This document shows positions 7,950 through 17,070 of a stretch of DNA of 50,511 bases, piece after piece (the stretch's first letter is position 1; each line of letters starts with the position of its first letter). The notes below the pieces were generated by a model. It saw only the letters and a list, made by a program, of their open reading frames with translations, was not told the DNA's origin and ran no database searches. The stretch is from the NCBI GenBank assembly GCA_030671005.1, contig DAOVAN010000001.1, positions 1 through 50,511 on the forward strand, given 5' to 3'. The position numbers were made by a program, and so were the translations under genes. This DNA comes from a candidate division WOR-3 bacterium. GTDB taxonomy: Bacteria; Hydrothermota; Tepidihabitantia; SM23-42.

Positions 7950-9296
7950 TCATCTTGTTATGTCGTTGAACGTGACAAAGACGATGAGCAGTAGAATGAT
8001 TGCGTAGCCCACTTGCTGGATTATCAGCCGCGTTCGGTGAGAGAACCTCTTGTTTCTGATTGCTTCGATGATCGATATCATTATGTGACCGCCATCCAGA
8101 GCAGGAATCGGGAAGAGGTTTATGAGGCCTAGATTGATTGAAATTATTGCAAGCAGGCCGAGTAAACTCTCAAAGCCCCACCGTGCCGATTCACCGCTCA
8201 GCTGGGCAATTGCTATGGGTCCGCCTATTGCCCTTCGTGATATCCGTCCGATGATGAGCTGGTAAAGGGTCTTGAGCGTCAGCCAAATCACTTCACCGCT
8301 TCTCTGGACTGACAGCGTTATGGCATCAGGTAGGTTCAGACGTCTGCGCTCCAAGGGCGGGATCGCGCTGATTTGTCCGATGGTGTCTTGTGTTGTCGGA
8401 TCATAATAAGAAATCGGTGTTACAATAGCATCCTTCACGATGTCATTGTCTTGCCAGACGAAATGTAAAGGAGTATTTTTTGATGCGCGAACCTTGTCTA
8501 CCATCTGATTCCAGGTCTGGATTTCTTCTGCGTCGATTTCCAGCACTCGGTTTCCCGATTTCATACCCGCCTTGTGGGCAGGGCCATCCCGTTTCAATGA
8601 TCCCAGGATAGGAGGCACCAGTGGCATGAGGCCCATGAGGTCCAGCGAATCCATGTCGACCTGTAGTCTCTTTTCTACGAATGTCCCTGCGCGTACGATA
8701 CCCACTGTGATTGTTTGCTTGTCATTTTCCGATAGCAGATCAAGCATTTCGCCCCAGGTGCTGACTCTTTCGCCGGCAACGGCAACTATCGAGTCGTTTT
8801 CCATGATGCCAGCGCGTTCTGCTGCACTTCCTTCATGGACTTTGACCTTCATGAATGGGTTCACGAGTAATCCGAATCCCCAGAAGATGATGAAGAAAAC
8901 AAAAACCGCCGAGAGAATATTAAAGACCGGACCGCCCATCACGATCAACACACGTTGGTATATGGGTGCATCATAAAACCCGACTACCTCTTGCCCCTTT
9001 TCCGTTTCAGTGCTTTCAGTGTCTTCGTTCTTCAGTGATTTCTGTGTCTCTTCAGTGTCCTTAGGTGTTAAGTCGCCCTCATCTTCGCCTGCTATCTTGA
9101 CATAGCCACCCAAAGGGAAATATGCGATACGGAAATCAGTCTCGCCTATTTTCCTGCGAATGAGGGGTGGACCGTAACCGATCGAGAATTTTTCCACCGG
9201 GATCTTGAATAGCTTAGCTATCAAGAAATGTCCAAATTCATGTATTGTGATCGAGAATGCCAGTATGAATAAGAATGCAACAATCGTAATTAGCAT
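7950..9296 (-). CDS. rseP: RIP site-2 zinc metalloprotease RseP
   Basis: 448 aa. HEFGHF (HExxH) lies in the first TM segment, PDZ-like regions are central, and NLFPIPALDGGH is C-terminal. The gene sits downstream of dxr, as in many bacteria. Confidence 0.9.
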   Translation of the reverse strand: MLITIVAFLFILAFSITIHEFGHFLIAKLFKIPVEKFSIGYGPPLIRRKIGETDFRIAYFPLGGYVKIAGEDEGDLTPKDTEETQKSLKNEDTESTETEKGQEVVGFYDAPIYQRVLIVMGGPVFNILSAVFVFFIIFWGFGLLVNPFMKVKVHEGSAAERAGIMENDSIVAVAGERVSTWGEMLDLLSENDKQTITVGIVRAGTFVEKRLQVDMDSLDLMGLMPLVPPILGSLKRDGPAHKAGMKSGNRVLEIDAEEIQTWNQMVDKVRASKNTPLHFVWQDNDIVKDAIVTPISYYDPTTQDTIGQISAIPPLERRRLNLPDAITLSVQRSGEVIWLTLKTLYQLIIGRISRRAIGGPIAIAQLSGESARWGFESLLGLLAIISINLGLINLFPIPALDGGHIMISIIEAIRNKRFSHRTRLIIQQVGYAIILLLIVFVTFNDITR

Positions 9297-10417
9297 ACTT
9301 GTACCCTCACTTGTTCTTTGGCCCAGCTTATCGCTTGTAGGTAATGGTCCAGTCCACCATCGCTGGGTTCATGTTTTTTCATAACTTTTTCAATTATTAG
9401 TGGAATTTCGTGGAATCTAATTCTATCATGGAGGAATAGTTTAACTGCTTCCTCGTTCGACGCATTTAGTACGGCGGGCATTGTCTTACCCCTTTCCAGG
9501 GCTCCATAGGCTAGATCTAAACAACGGAATTTCTTCGTGTTGGGTGTCATGAAGGTTAATGGTTTCACTTTCGTGATGTCGAGATATGGGGTCGATGCGG
9601 ATACACGATGAGGCACAGTCAAGGCATATTGGATCGGTAGTTTCATATCCGGTGTTGAGAGTTGAGCCAATAGCGTGCCATCCTTGAATTGCACCAAGGA
9701 ATGGCATATTGCCTCAGGGTGAATAACGACTCTTATCATACTCGGAGGGACGTTGAAAAGGTGATGCGCTTCTATTACTTCCAGACCTTTGTTCATCATG
9801 GTTGCCGAATCAACCGTGATCTTCTGACCCATTTTCCAGACCGGATGGCGCAGAACTTCCTCCTTACGGACATTCTTGATCTTTTTTTTCAAGAAAGGAC
9901 CGCCCGATGCAGTGAGGATTATGTTCAAGACGTCTTTCATGTTCTTGCCTTCGAGACACTGGTAAATGGCAGAATGTTCACTGTCAATGGGAATGAGTCT
10001 AACCTGCAGTTTTCTCACCTTACCCATTATCAAATGACCAAAATTGACGAGAATTTCCTTGGTGGCCAGGCATATGTCCATTTTCTTCTCGATCGCCCGT
10101 ATGACCCCCCTGATGCCTAGTGAACTAGACAGCGCACATATGATAGTGTCTGCCCTAAGGGTGTCGATCATCTCTTCAATACCTTGCTCTCCGCTGAAGG
10201 TTTTCGCGGTGCCCCTTAGTTTTTCCAGGTTCTTATGATACTTCTCATTGATTATCGTGATGGCCTTAGGTTTCAGAGCGTGAGCCTGTTCAGCGAGCAG
10301 ACGGTAGTTATTGTATGCCGCGAGTCCAACGACCTTATAGTTTTTGAATCGTTTAATGACCTGGATCGCGTTGCACCCTATAGAGCCTGTTGAGCCCAGA
10401 ATGATTATTCTTTTCAT
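9290..10417 (-). CDS. dxr: 1-deoxy-D-xylulose 5-phosphate reductoisomerase
   Basis: 375 aa with N-terminal ILGSTGSIG, plus DSEHSAI and a typical Dxr C-terminus. Confidence 0.9.
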   Translation of the reverse strand: MKRIIILGSTGSIGCNAIQVIKRFKNYKVVGLAAYNNYRLLAEQAHALKPKAITIINEKYHKNLEKLRGTAKTFSGEQGIEEMIDTLRADTIICALSSSLGIRGVIRAIEKKMDICLATKEILVNFGHLIMGKVRKLQVRLIPIDSEHSAIYQCLEGKNMKDVLNIILTASGGPFLKKKIKNVRKEEVLRHPVWKMGQKITVDSATMMNKGLEVIEAHHLFNVPPSMIRVVIHPEAICHSLVQFKDGTLLAQLSTPDMKLPIQYALTVPHRVSASTPYLDITKVKPLTFMTPNTKKFRCLDLAYGALERGKTMPAVLNASNEEAVKLFLHDRIRFHEIPLIIEKVMKKHEPSDGGLDHYLQAISWAKEQVRVQVC

Positions 10418-11079
10418 GCCAGGTGTTTTTGTATGTATCTCAGGTCTTTCTTGTCCGTGACCTTTATGTTGTGCCGGTCACCCTGGAAAACATAGACCGG
10501 CATGCCCAGTGATTCAAGTATTGAGGCTTCATCAGTATACTCCATGCGAAAGTCGGCTTTGGCAATAGCCTGCTTGATTGTTCGTATATCATAAAACTGG
10601 GGTGTTTGGACGAGAAAAAGATCATCGCGGGGAATGGTTTCCTGAACGAGACGCTTGGCGACCCTTTTCATCGTATCGTGTACCTTTGTTCCAATGATCA
10701 CCGATTTGTGCTTGCGGCAGAGCGCAATACCTTTTCTTATCACTGCTGATGAAACAAGTGGTCTCACCGCATCATGGATGATGACCACGCCGGATTTGTC
10801 TCTAATTGTGCGTAATCCATTGACTACTGAATCCTGGCGCCGTCGGCCGCCGGCAACGACGTGATGTACTTTCTTGAAACCGAGATCACGCACTTGTTTC
10901 CTCGTTGTCTTTATGTCTTTTTTGGGTACAACGATCGTTATTCCGCTGACATTGGACTGGTTGTCGAATGCCCTTGTTGCGTAAACAAACAGAGGTAGCC
11001 CGTGTATGCGCATGAACTGCTTCTTCCCACCGAATCTCTTGCCTGCGCCAGCGGCAACGATTATTGCATGATTTGCCAT
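10414..11079 (-). CDS. ispD: 2-C-methyl-D-erythritol 4-phosphate cytidylyltransferase
   Basis: The protein begins MANHAIIVAAGAGKRFGG. I place the start at ATG 11079 rather than TTG 11085, because a TTGACT-N16-TATCAT promoter ends 5 nt upstream of this ATG. Confidence 0.85.
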   Translation of the reverse strand: MANHAIIVAAGAGKRFGGKKQFMRIHGLPLFVYATRAFDNQSNVSGITIVVPKKDIKTTRKQVRDLGFKKVHHVVAGGRRRQDSVVNGLRTIRDKSGVVIIHDAVRPLVSSAVIRKGIALCRKHKSVIIGTKVHDTMKRVAKRLVQETIPRDDLFLVQTPQFYDIRTIKQAIAKADFRMEYTDEASILESLGMPVYVFQGDRHNIKVTDKKDLRYIQKHLA

Positions 11080-11084
11080 GACCA

Positions 11085-11112
11085 ATGATAGTCAGAATTA
11101 TGGAAAAGTCAA
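11085..11112 (-). promoter_or_regulatory. Sigma70-type promoter of ispD-dxr-rseP; leaderless geometry
   Basis: On the minus strand the sequence reads TTGACT (11112-11107), a 16-nt spacer, TATCAT (11090-11085), 5 nt, then ATG 11079. Confidence 0.65.
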
Positions 11113-11221
11113 CATGGCAGGCTCACAAGGTGCTGAAAAACAGGAGAGAAGTATTGTGCCAGCTGCCCTGCATCGGTCCTCGGGTACTTCAGAGCGTGGT
11201 TTCGTAATTGCTCAATTTACG

Positions 11222-11457
11222 GTGGAAACTTGTAGTTGCGCCATTTATGGCTGTCCTACCTATCCTGCGGGCGCGGTTTTGTAGTTGTTTGATTCATCAA
11301 ACATGCCCAATAAATTGGGCAACTACGAGCGCGGTTATTGGCACGATGAATCTCCGTCACGATTTATGTCCAAATTTCCAATTTGGTTACAGAAATCAGT
11401 GCCTCGCTTCATTAACGCAAAATGAACTCTACGAGAGCGGGCGTGCGACTACATTGG
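11222..11457 (-). repeat. Composite intergenic element, copy 1, made of GTAG-headed hairpin modules (REP-like)
   Basis: It is inverted relative to 32636-32863. Position 11222-11251 matches the reverse complement of 32834-32863 at 26/30. Position 11305-11353 shares exact 19-nt and 13-nt blocks with the reverse complement of 32708-32748. Hairpins lie at 11287-11302, 11305-11320 and 11371-11387. Confidence 0.75.
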
Positions 11458-11484
11458 TCTACTGAGAACGTAGTTTCTTGACTA

Positions 11485-11512
11485 TTGACATGCCTCCGGA
11501 TATGAATATAGT
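11485..11512 (+). promoter_or_regulatory. Sigma70-type promoter of the lipoprotein/LysM pair (leadered)
   Basis: TTGACA (11485-11490), a 16-nt spacer, TATAGT (11507-11512). A leader of about 28 nt with the SD aaggaggagg precedes ATG 11547. Confidence 0.6.
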
Positions 11513-11546
11513 TTGATATATGCTAAAAATGCAAGGAGGAGGCATT

Positions 11547-11804
11547 ATGAGAAAGACAGTTGCGTTATTGTTCCTAGCCGTCTTGATTATCGGTTGCGGT
11601 CCTAAGATGGCGAACCAGGAGACGCTCGATGCTTTGGGTGAAGCCCAAGCTGCTCTCGAAGCCGCCCAGACAAGACTCGCGGATCTACAGGCTGAAAAAG
11701 ACGCATTGGAAGCACAGCGAGCCGAATTCGAAATGATGGTGAAAGAACTACAGGATGAAGTCGACATGTTACAGGCTAAGATTGACACCCGGTGCATGAA
11801 ATAA
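11547..11804 (+). CDS. Small coiled-coil lipoprotein
   Basis: The start is moved to the ATG behind the strong SD. The signal peptide MRKTVALLFLAVLIIGC carries a lipobox, and an Ala/Glu/Gln-rich heptad-like helix follows. Confidence 0.7.
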   Translation: MRKTVALLFLAVLIIGCGPKMANQETLDALGEAQAALEAAQTRLADLQAEKDALEAQRAEFEMMVKELQDEVDMLQAKIDTRCMK

Positions 11805-11814
11805 GGAGGCTAAA

Positions 11815-12411
11815 ATGAAAAAACTACTATCAATTGCTATCATTCTTTGCTTCGTGGTTCCAGTCTTAGCATTCGCGCAGGATAAGATGACCGAAGAAGA
11901 AGCGCAGGCTGAAATCGCACGCATCAGAGCAGAACTGGACCAGCTGAATACAGATATCGCTGCCCTGGAAGGTGAGGTTGATGCTCTAACGACCTCGGTT
12001 TCCAAGCTCGAAACATTACATGCAGGTCTGACCGACAAAGTTGCAGAGCTGCGTGAGACCTGGAAACGCTGCCAGTGGGGGCGCTACACTGTGGTTGATG
12101 GAGACTGGCTATCGAAGATTGCGAGCATGCGCAAGGTGTATCATGACGGCTCGAAATGGCCCTGGATACATGAAGCGAACACGGACAAAATATCAGACCC
12201 GAATCTCATATACCCGGGCTGGGTATTGCTCATCCCCACCCTTGATAACTACACTGTAATACCAGGGGATTGTCTTTGGTTGATTGCATCGTATCTTTCG
12301 ATCTATTCTGATGCAAAGAGATGGCCCGACATTTACGAGGCAAATAAAGACAAAATAAGTGATCCTGACTTAATATATACAAATCAGGAATTTGTAATAC
12401 CTCATGATTAA
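11815..12411 (+). CDS. Secreted coiled-coil protein with two LysM peptidoglycan-binding domains
   Basis: It has a signal peptide, a coiled coil, then two LysM repeats (YTVVDGDWLSKIAS...LIYPGWVLLIP and YTVIPGDCLWLIAS...LIYTNQEFVIP). The SD is aaggagg. Confidence 0.8.
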   Translation: MKKLLSIAIILCFVVPVLAFAQDKMTEEEAQAEIARIRAELDQLNTDIAALEGEVDALTTSVSKLETLHAGLTDKVAELRETWKRCQWGRYTVVDGDWLSKIASMRKVYHDGSKWPWIHEANTDKISDPNLIYPGWVLLIPTLDNYTVIPGDCLWLIASYLSIYSDAKRWPDIYEANKDKISDPDLIYTNQEFVIPHD

Positions 12412-12418
12412 TCTGCGA

Positions 12419-12445
12419 GGGAGGGGCTGAACATCCGCCCCTCCC
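12419..12445 (+). terminator. GC-rich hairpin after the LysM gene (possible terminator or attenuator)
   Basis: gggaggggc (12419-12427) pairs with gcccctccc (12437-12445) across a 9-nt loop. There is no clear U-tract, and the stem ends 6 nt before the phoH GTG. Confidence 0.35.
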
Positions 12446-12451
12446 GTTGAA

Positions 12452-13357
12452 GTGAAAGTATCAATCCCAATATCAGGTTCTGATCCAACAACTGTCTCCG
12501 GATTTCAGGACGAATTCTTGAAGAAAATCCAAACGCGTTTCGGAATTGTTGTATCCATGCGTAATGATCACATCTATCTGAAGGGGGCAGAGGAAAAAGT
12601 CAAGGCAGCTGAGAAAATCGTACGTGCAAGGCTCAGCGGTGAAGCCGAGACCGCCGATGTTCCTGCGGGTGATGATATTCCTGATGTCGAACGTGTAGTA
12701 ACATCTACTTCAACGCCGAAGCGACTCGTTAAAGCAAAGAGCCTAGGTCAAGGCGATTACGTCAAATCAATAGACCGGCACGATATTGTCGTGAGCATCG
12801 GCCCCGCGGGGACCGGTAAGACCTATCTCGCGGTGGCGAAGGCGGTGTCTTTCTTGATGGACAAAAAGGTCGAGAGGATTATTCTTACCCGTCCCGCAGT
12901 AGAAGCTGGTGAATCGCTGGGTTTCTTACCCGGGGCAATCGAAGAAAAAGTCGATCCTTATCTGCGACCCCTCTACGACGCGCTCAATGATTTCTTGCCA
13001 TATGAGCGGATCAGACGTTTTCTCGAGATGAAGACCATAGAGGTAGCACCTCTTGCCTATATGAGAGGAAGAACCCTCAATGATTCATTCATCATCCTGG
13101 ATGAGGCGCAGAATACCACCAGCATGCAGATGAAGATGTTCTTGACCCGCATGGGTTGGCGTTCAAAGGTTGTCGTGACCGGGGATATTACACAGGTTGA
13201 CTTACCGCCGAACATTCCTTCTGGGCTGATTGAAATACAGCACTTACTCAAAAACATCAACGGTATCGAGTTTATTTATCTCAGCGAAAATGATGTTGTG
13301 AGACATCATCTCGTTCAGAAGGTCATTAAGGCCTATGAAAATCAGAATACAACATAA
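12452..13357 (+). CDS. phoH: PhoH-family ATPase (YbeZ-like)
   Basis: 301 aa with Walker [13 protein letters not shown] and the block ILDEAQNTT. It heads the phoH, 7TM-HD, ybeY, corC cluster. The start codon is GTG. Confidence 0.85.
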   Translation: MKVSIPISGSDPTTVSGFQDEFLKKIQTRFGIVVSMRNDHIYLKGAEEKVKAAEKIVRARLSGEAETADVPAGDDIPDVERVVTSTSTPKRLVKAKSLGQGDYVKSIDRHDIVVSIGPAGTGKTYLAVAKAVSFLMDKKVERIILTRPAVEAGESLGFLPGAIEEKVDPYLRPLYDALNDFLPYERIRRFLEMKTIEVAPLAYMRGRTLNDSFIILDEAQNTTSMQMKMFLTRMGWRSKVVVTGDITQVDLPPNIPSGLIEIQHLLKNINGIEFIYLSENDVVRHHLVQKVIKAYENQNTT

Positions 13358-15422
13358 TCTGTTCATTTTCATTGGGATAATTCTACTGTTGAACATCATT
13401 TTTCCGCCCCCTGCGGTGCCTCAGAAATATGATGTCGCCACAGGGGAGATCGCTTTACAGAACATAATCGCTCCGTACGACTTTTTCATTCCTAAAACGG
13501 AGCCAGAATTGACCGAGGAGCGAGAGGAAATTGCGCGCAGGATTCCCAGGGTATATGACCTCGACAATACCGTAAAACGTGCCGTGACGCTGGATATTGA
13601 TGGTTTGGAGAGGATGATTGATGCTGCGCGGAGCTTGCAGGTTGGCCGAGATTCTATTATTCACCTAGTTCAGAAACAATACGCGTTGAATAGAGGGGTA
13701 ATTAGATATTTATTGAGAAACAATCGAAAGAATATCTTCAACAGATTGCGCAAGGACTTTGCTGAATTATACGCCGTAGGTGTTGTAGATAGAAAGACCG
13801 TTGAGCATGCAATCATTGCGATCGTGAGTGGCAATACAGAAACCGTGGAATCGATCGACCGACTCTATTCCCTGGACGAGGCAGAAAACCTGGTTGCGGT
13901 GAATCAAAGAGCAGAATATCGCAGCCTCGTAAAGTTTTACATGACTCCTAACATAACCTTCAATGAAGAGAAGACTCAGGAAAGAATAGATGAAGTCTTC
14001 GCAAATGTCCCAAAGACAAAGGGTAAGGTTTTGAAGGGAGAGATCATTACCGAAAAACACAAGCGGGTCAACATGGAAACAACGGAGAAGATGCTGGCAC
14101 TGGAGAGTACATACACATCCATCGGAACCTGGGAGATAATCAAAACGTTATTATTCAGGAACATATTGTATCTGGCATTGATCTTCCTGCTGTTCAAATT
14201 TGACCTGATAACAAAATCGAAATTGTTCGTAGGGAAGAATCTGTACTTTATCGCGTTGTTATCCGCTGCTTATCTGATCATCGGCAAGGTCACATATGCG
14301 ACAAATCTTGTCTATTTGACCCCCATTGCACTTTTCATTTTTCTATTTGCATTGTATTTTAACTTCTATGTTGCCATATTATTCACCTTCATTTTTGCAT
14401 CTGTTTTCGGTATCGTATTGAACTCGGCCGGGATTTTCACGTTTCTTTTTGTCAGTGGCATTGTTGCCACGTTTTCAAGTCAGACAATAAACTCTCGACT
14501 TGCGTTCTATCGACCGTTAATCTACCTTGCACTCGCTAATATCGGAGCCATTCTTTTCATCGATATATATCTTTCAAAAGGCGCTTTTAATATGCTATCT
14601 CTAGGTGAAGGGGTGGTCAATAGCATCATCGTCAACCTCAGCTTTGTGCTCTTCCTCCCCCTATTTGAGAGAATGTTCGATTTTACGACGGATCTGACTT
14701 TGCTCGAACTCGGCAATCTGAACTTACCGATCTTCAAAGACATGGCGATTGAAGCTCCGGGCACTTATCATCATTCAATCGTTGTCGGGAACCTCGCAGA
14801 AGCTGGCGCACGGTATATCGACGGCGATCCGGTGCTTGCCCGGGTTAGCGCCTATTATCATGATATGGGGAAGTTGAAAAAACCTGAGTACTTCATCGAA
14901 AATCAGATTGGCATGAAAAATCCTCATGATTTGCTGAAACCGCAAATGAGTGCGCTAATTATCATTTCGCATGTGAAAGATGGAATTGAGATGGCCAAGA
15001 AGATGAAGTTGCCGAGAAAGCTTATCGAGGTTATCGAGCAGCATCATGGTACGACGATGATCGAAATGTTTTACAAGAAAGCATTCGAAGAATCGAAGGA
15101 CGCAAATCAGGATTCGTTCCGCTATCCTGGACCACGGCCGAAGACGAAGGAGACGGCATTGGTAATGCTTGCTGATAGTGTCGAAGCGGCGGCAAGAGGT
15201 GAGCGCAGTATCACGGCGTCAAAACTGCAGAAGATCGTCAAGGGAAACATCGAGAAGAAATTCAATGATGGACAATTAGATGATTGTCCTATAACACGTC
15301 ATGATTTAGAACAAATAAAAGCAGCTTTCATGCCGATCCTCACGGGGGTCTTTCATCCTCGTGTCGATTACGAAGGGGCTAACAAGCGCACAACGACAGG
15401 TGCTGAACAAAAAGGTAGATAA
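13335..15422 (+). CDS. 7TM-receptor HD-domain phosphohydrolase (PgpH/YqfF-like)
   Basis: 695 aa. It has an extracytoplasmic N-terminal region, a multi-TM block and a C-terminal HD domain (HHSIVVG, YYHDMGK, HHG). Confidence 0.8.
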   Translation: MKIRIQHNLFIFIGIILLLNIIFPPPAVPQKYDVATGEIALQNIIAPYDFFIPKTEPELTEEREEIARRIPRVYDLDNTVKRAVTLDIDGLERMIDAARSLQVGRDSIIHLVQKQYALNRGVIRYLLRNNRKNIFNRLRKDFAELYAVGVVDRKTVEHAIIAIVSGNTETVESIDRLYSLDEAENLVAVNQRAEYRSLVKFYMTPNITFNEEKTQERIDEVFANVPKTKGKVLKGEIITEKHKRVNMETTEKMLALESTYTSIGTWEIIKTLLFRNILYLALIFLLFKFDLITKSKLFVGKNLYFIALLSAAYLIIGKVTYATNLVYLTPIALFIFLFALYFNFYVAILFTFIFASVFGIVLNSAGIFTFLFVSGIVATFSSQTINSRLAFYRPLIYLALANIGAILFIDIYLSKGAFNMLSLGEGVVNSIIVNLSFVLFLPLFERMFDFTTDLTLLELGNLNLPIFKDMAIEAPGTYHHSIVVGNLAEAGARYIDGDPVLARVSAYYHDMGKLKKPEYFIENQIGMKNPHDLLKPQMSALIIISHVKDGIEMAKKMKLPRKLIEVIEQHHGTTMIEMFYKKAFEESKDANQDSFRYPGPRPKTKETALVMLADSVEAAARGERSITASKLQKIVKGNIEKKFNDGQLDDCPITRHDLEQIKAAFMPILTGVFHPRVDYEGANKRTTTGAEQKGR

Positions 15423-15449
15423 CAACATACTCCCTGCGCAAATCCGATC

Positions 15450-15821
15450 ATGCGAATAGGTGTCTATGTGACGTCTGGGCGCACACGGGCCAAAAAGACA
15501 AAAATCAAACGGTTGGTAAAAAAGGTATTAGCCGCCGAAGATAAACAATTAGCAGTGGTTAACGTGATACTGACTGATGATGAGTACCTCACACGCTTGA
15601 ATGAACTGTATTTCAAAAAGAAGCATGCCACGAACGTCATCTCGTTCGATCTGGGAGAAGTGTCCGAAATCTATGTCTCCGAAGACAGGGCGGGCGACGT
15701 CTACGAGTTATACTACTTTATTTTGCATGGTCTCTTACATGTAATTGGATATGACCATCGCAATAAGAGAGAAGATAGCTTAATGGAAAAGAAATGTGTA
15801 GAATATCTTAGTGATGAATAG
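15450..15821 (+). CDS. ybeY: rRNA maturation endoribonuclease YbeY
   Basis: 123 aa with the zinc motif HGLLHVIGYDH. Confidence 0.85.
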   Translation: MRIGVYVTSGRTRAKKTKIKRLVKKVLAAEDKQLAVVNVILTDDEYLTRLNELYFKKKHATNVISFDLGEVSEIYVSEDRAGDVYELYYFILHGLLHVIGYDHRNKREDSLMEKKCVEYLSDE

Positions 15822-17070
15822 CCTAGCGGTCAGCCTTGCTGTAATCTGCGTGTTTCTTAGCCTCAGCGCCTTCTTTTCGGGTATGGAAGCAGCCATCTTC
15901 TCAATATCCCGCTTCCGCTTAAAGACACTGTTATTTGAGAGGAGAAAAGGCGCTCGGACGCTGGAGCGAATCAAGAAGGAACCGGGTAAGACGCTGGCAT
16001 CGATTCTCTTGGCAAACCTTCTGGTGAATGTCGGCGCCTCTTCGGTTGGGGCCGTGATACTGCTCCAGATGATTCACCGGTACAACCTTGACACCACATT
16101 TTCGTTCATTACCGAAATCATCCTGATGACCTCACTCATACTTGTCCTTGGAGAGATTGCGCCAAAGACCATTGCCATTTCCAACGCCGAGTCGCTGGCT
16201 CTGCGTTTTGGCAAGATCGTAGAATACGTGGCATGGTTTTTCAGCCCGATTTCACGCGCCATGGAGAAATTCATGCAGCGCTTGCTGGGGGTGCAAGCAG
16301 TCCGCCGATTGGACACTATTTCTGATAAAGAGATCAAACTGATGCTTAGTGAGGCAAAGCGTTTCAAGATTCTGGATGAGGGAGAGGAAGAGTTCGGGTT
16401 CCAAATATTGAAGTTCGGCAAGATGACGGTCAACCAGGTGATGACGCCCCGACAGAAGGTTGTTGGCGTTGACGTCACGGCGAGCATTCACGAGGCGAAG
16501 AAAATCGTCACCAGCGAGAAGCATTCAAGAATTTGCGTCTTCGATGAGAAGGACGATGTCGTCGGTATCCTTTATGCCAAGGATCTTTTCATTAGCCAGA
16601 TAAGAGAACCCGAGTCGAAAAGCGTCAAAGATCTTATGCGCGAGCCGTATGTCGTTCCCGAAACGAAACAACTGGACAATCTACTCAGTGAATTTAGAAA
16701 GAAGGGTATACACATCAGCATTGTAGTCGATGAGTTCGGAGATTTCACGGGTATCGTTACGCTCGAGGACATCTTGGAATCGCTGTTCGGTGAAATAATC
16801 GATGAGTACGATGAGGTTGCTGATCTACCGTATGAAAAGATCTCCAAGAATACTTTTCTTTTTGAAGGCGACATTACGATTGGGGAGCTTGCACGAATTC
16901 TCCACATCGAGCCTTTTGCGCCGGAGGGCGAAAGACTAGCAGGTTTTATTCTCAGTCATTTTGGCAAAATCCCCGGCGAGAAAGAAAAGATTCGTATTGC
17001 AAACGTCGAATTGACGATTGAAGAAATCCACGACCGCATAATCGAGAAGGTGCTGGTCAGGAAAGTATGA
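15811..17070 (+). CDS. CNNM/CorC-family transporter-associated protein (DUF21, CBS pair, CorC_HlyC)
   Basis: 419 aa. It has an N-terminal 4-TM DUF21 region, a CBS pair and a C-terminal domain (FLFEGDITIGEL...). Confidence 0.8.
   Translation: MMNSLAVSLAVICVFLSLSAFFSGMEAAIFSISRFRLKTLLFERRKGARTLERIKKEPGKTLASILLANLLVNVGASSVGAVILLQMIHRYNLDTTFSFITEIILMTSLILVLGEIAPKTIAISNAESLALRFGKIVEYVAWFFSPISRAMEKFMQRLLGVQAVRRLDTISDKEIKLMLSEAKRFKILDEGEEEFGFQILKFGKMTVNQVMTPRQKVVGVDVTASIHEAKKIVTSEKHSRICVFDEKDDVVGILYAKDLFISQIREPESKSVKDLMREPYVVPETKQLDNLLSEFRKKGIHISIVVDEFGDFTGIVTLEDILESLFGEIIDEYDEVADLPYEKISKNTFLFEGDITIGELARILHIEPFAPEGERLAGFILSHFGKIPGEKEKIRIANVELTIEEIHDRIIEKVLVRKV

Noticed and set aside
11078-11465. 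ORFs 11078-11284 and 11208-11465 between ispD and the lipoprotein gene
   Set aside because: The first starts inside the ispD promoter and start codon on the opposite strand. Both are composed of the repeat modules and lack initiation signals or domain similarity.
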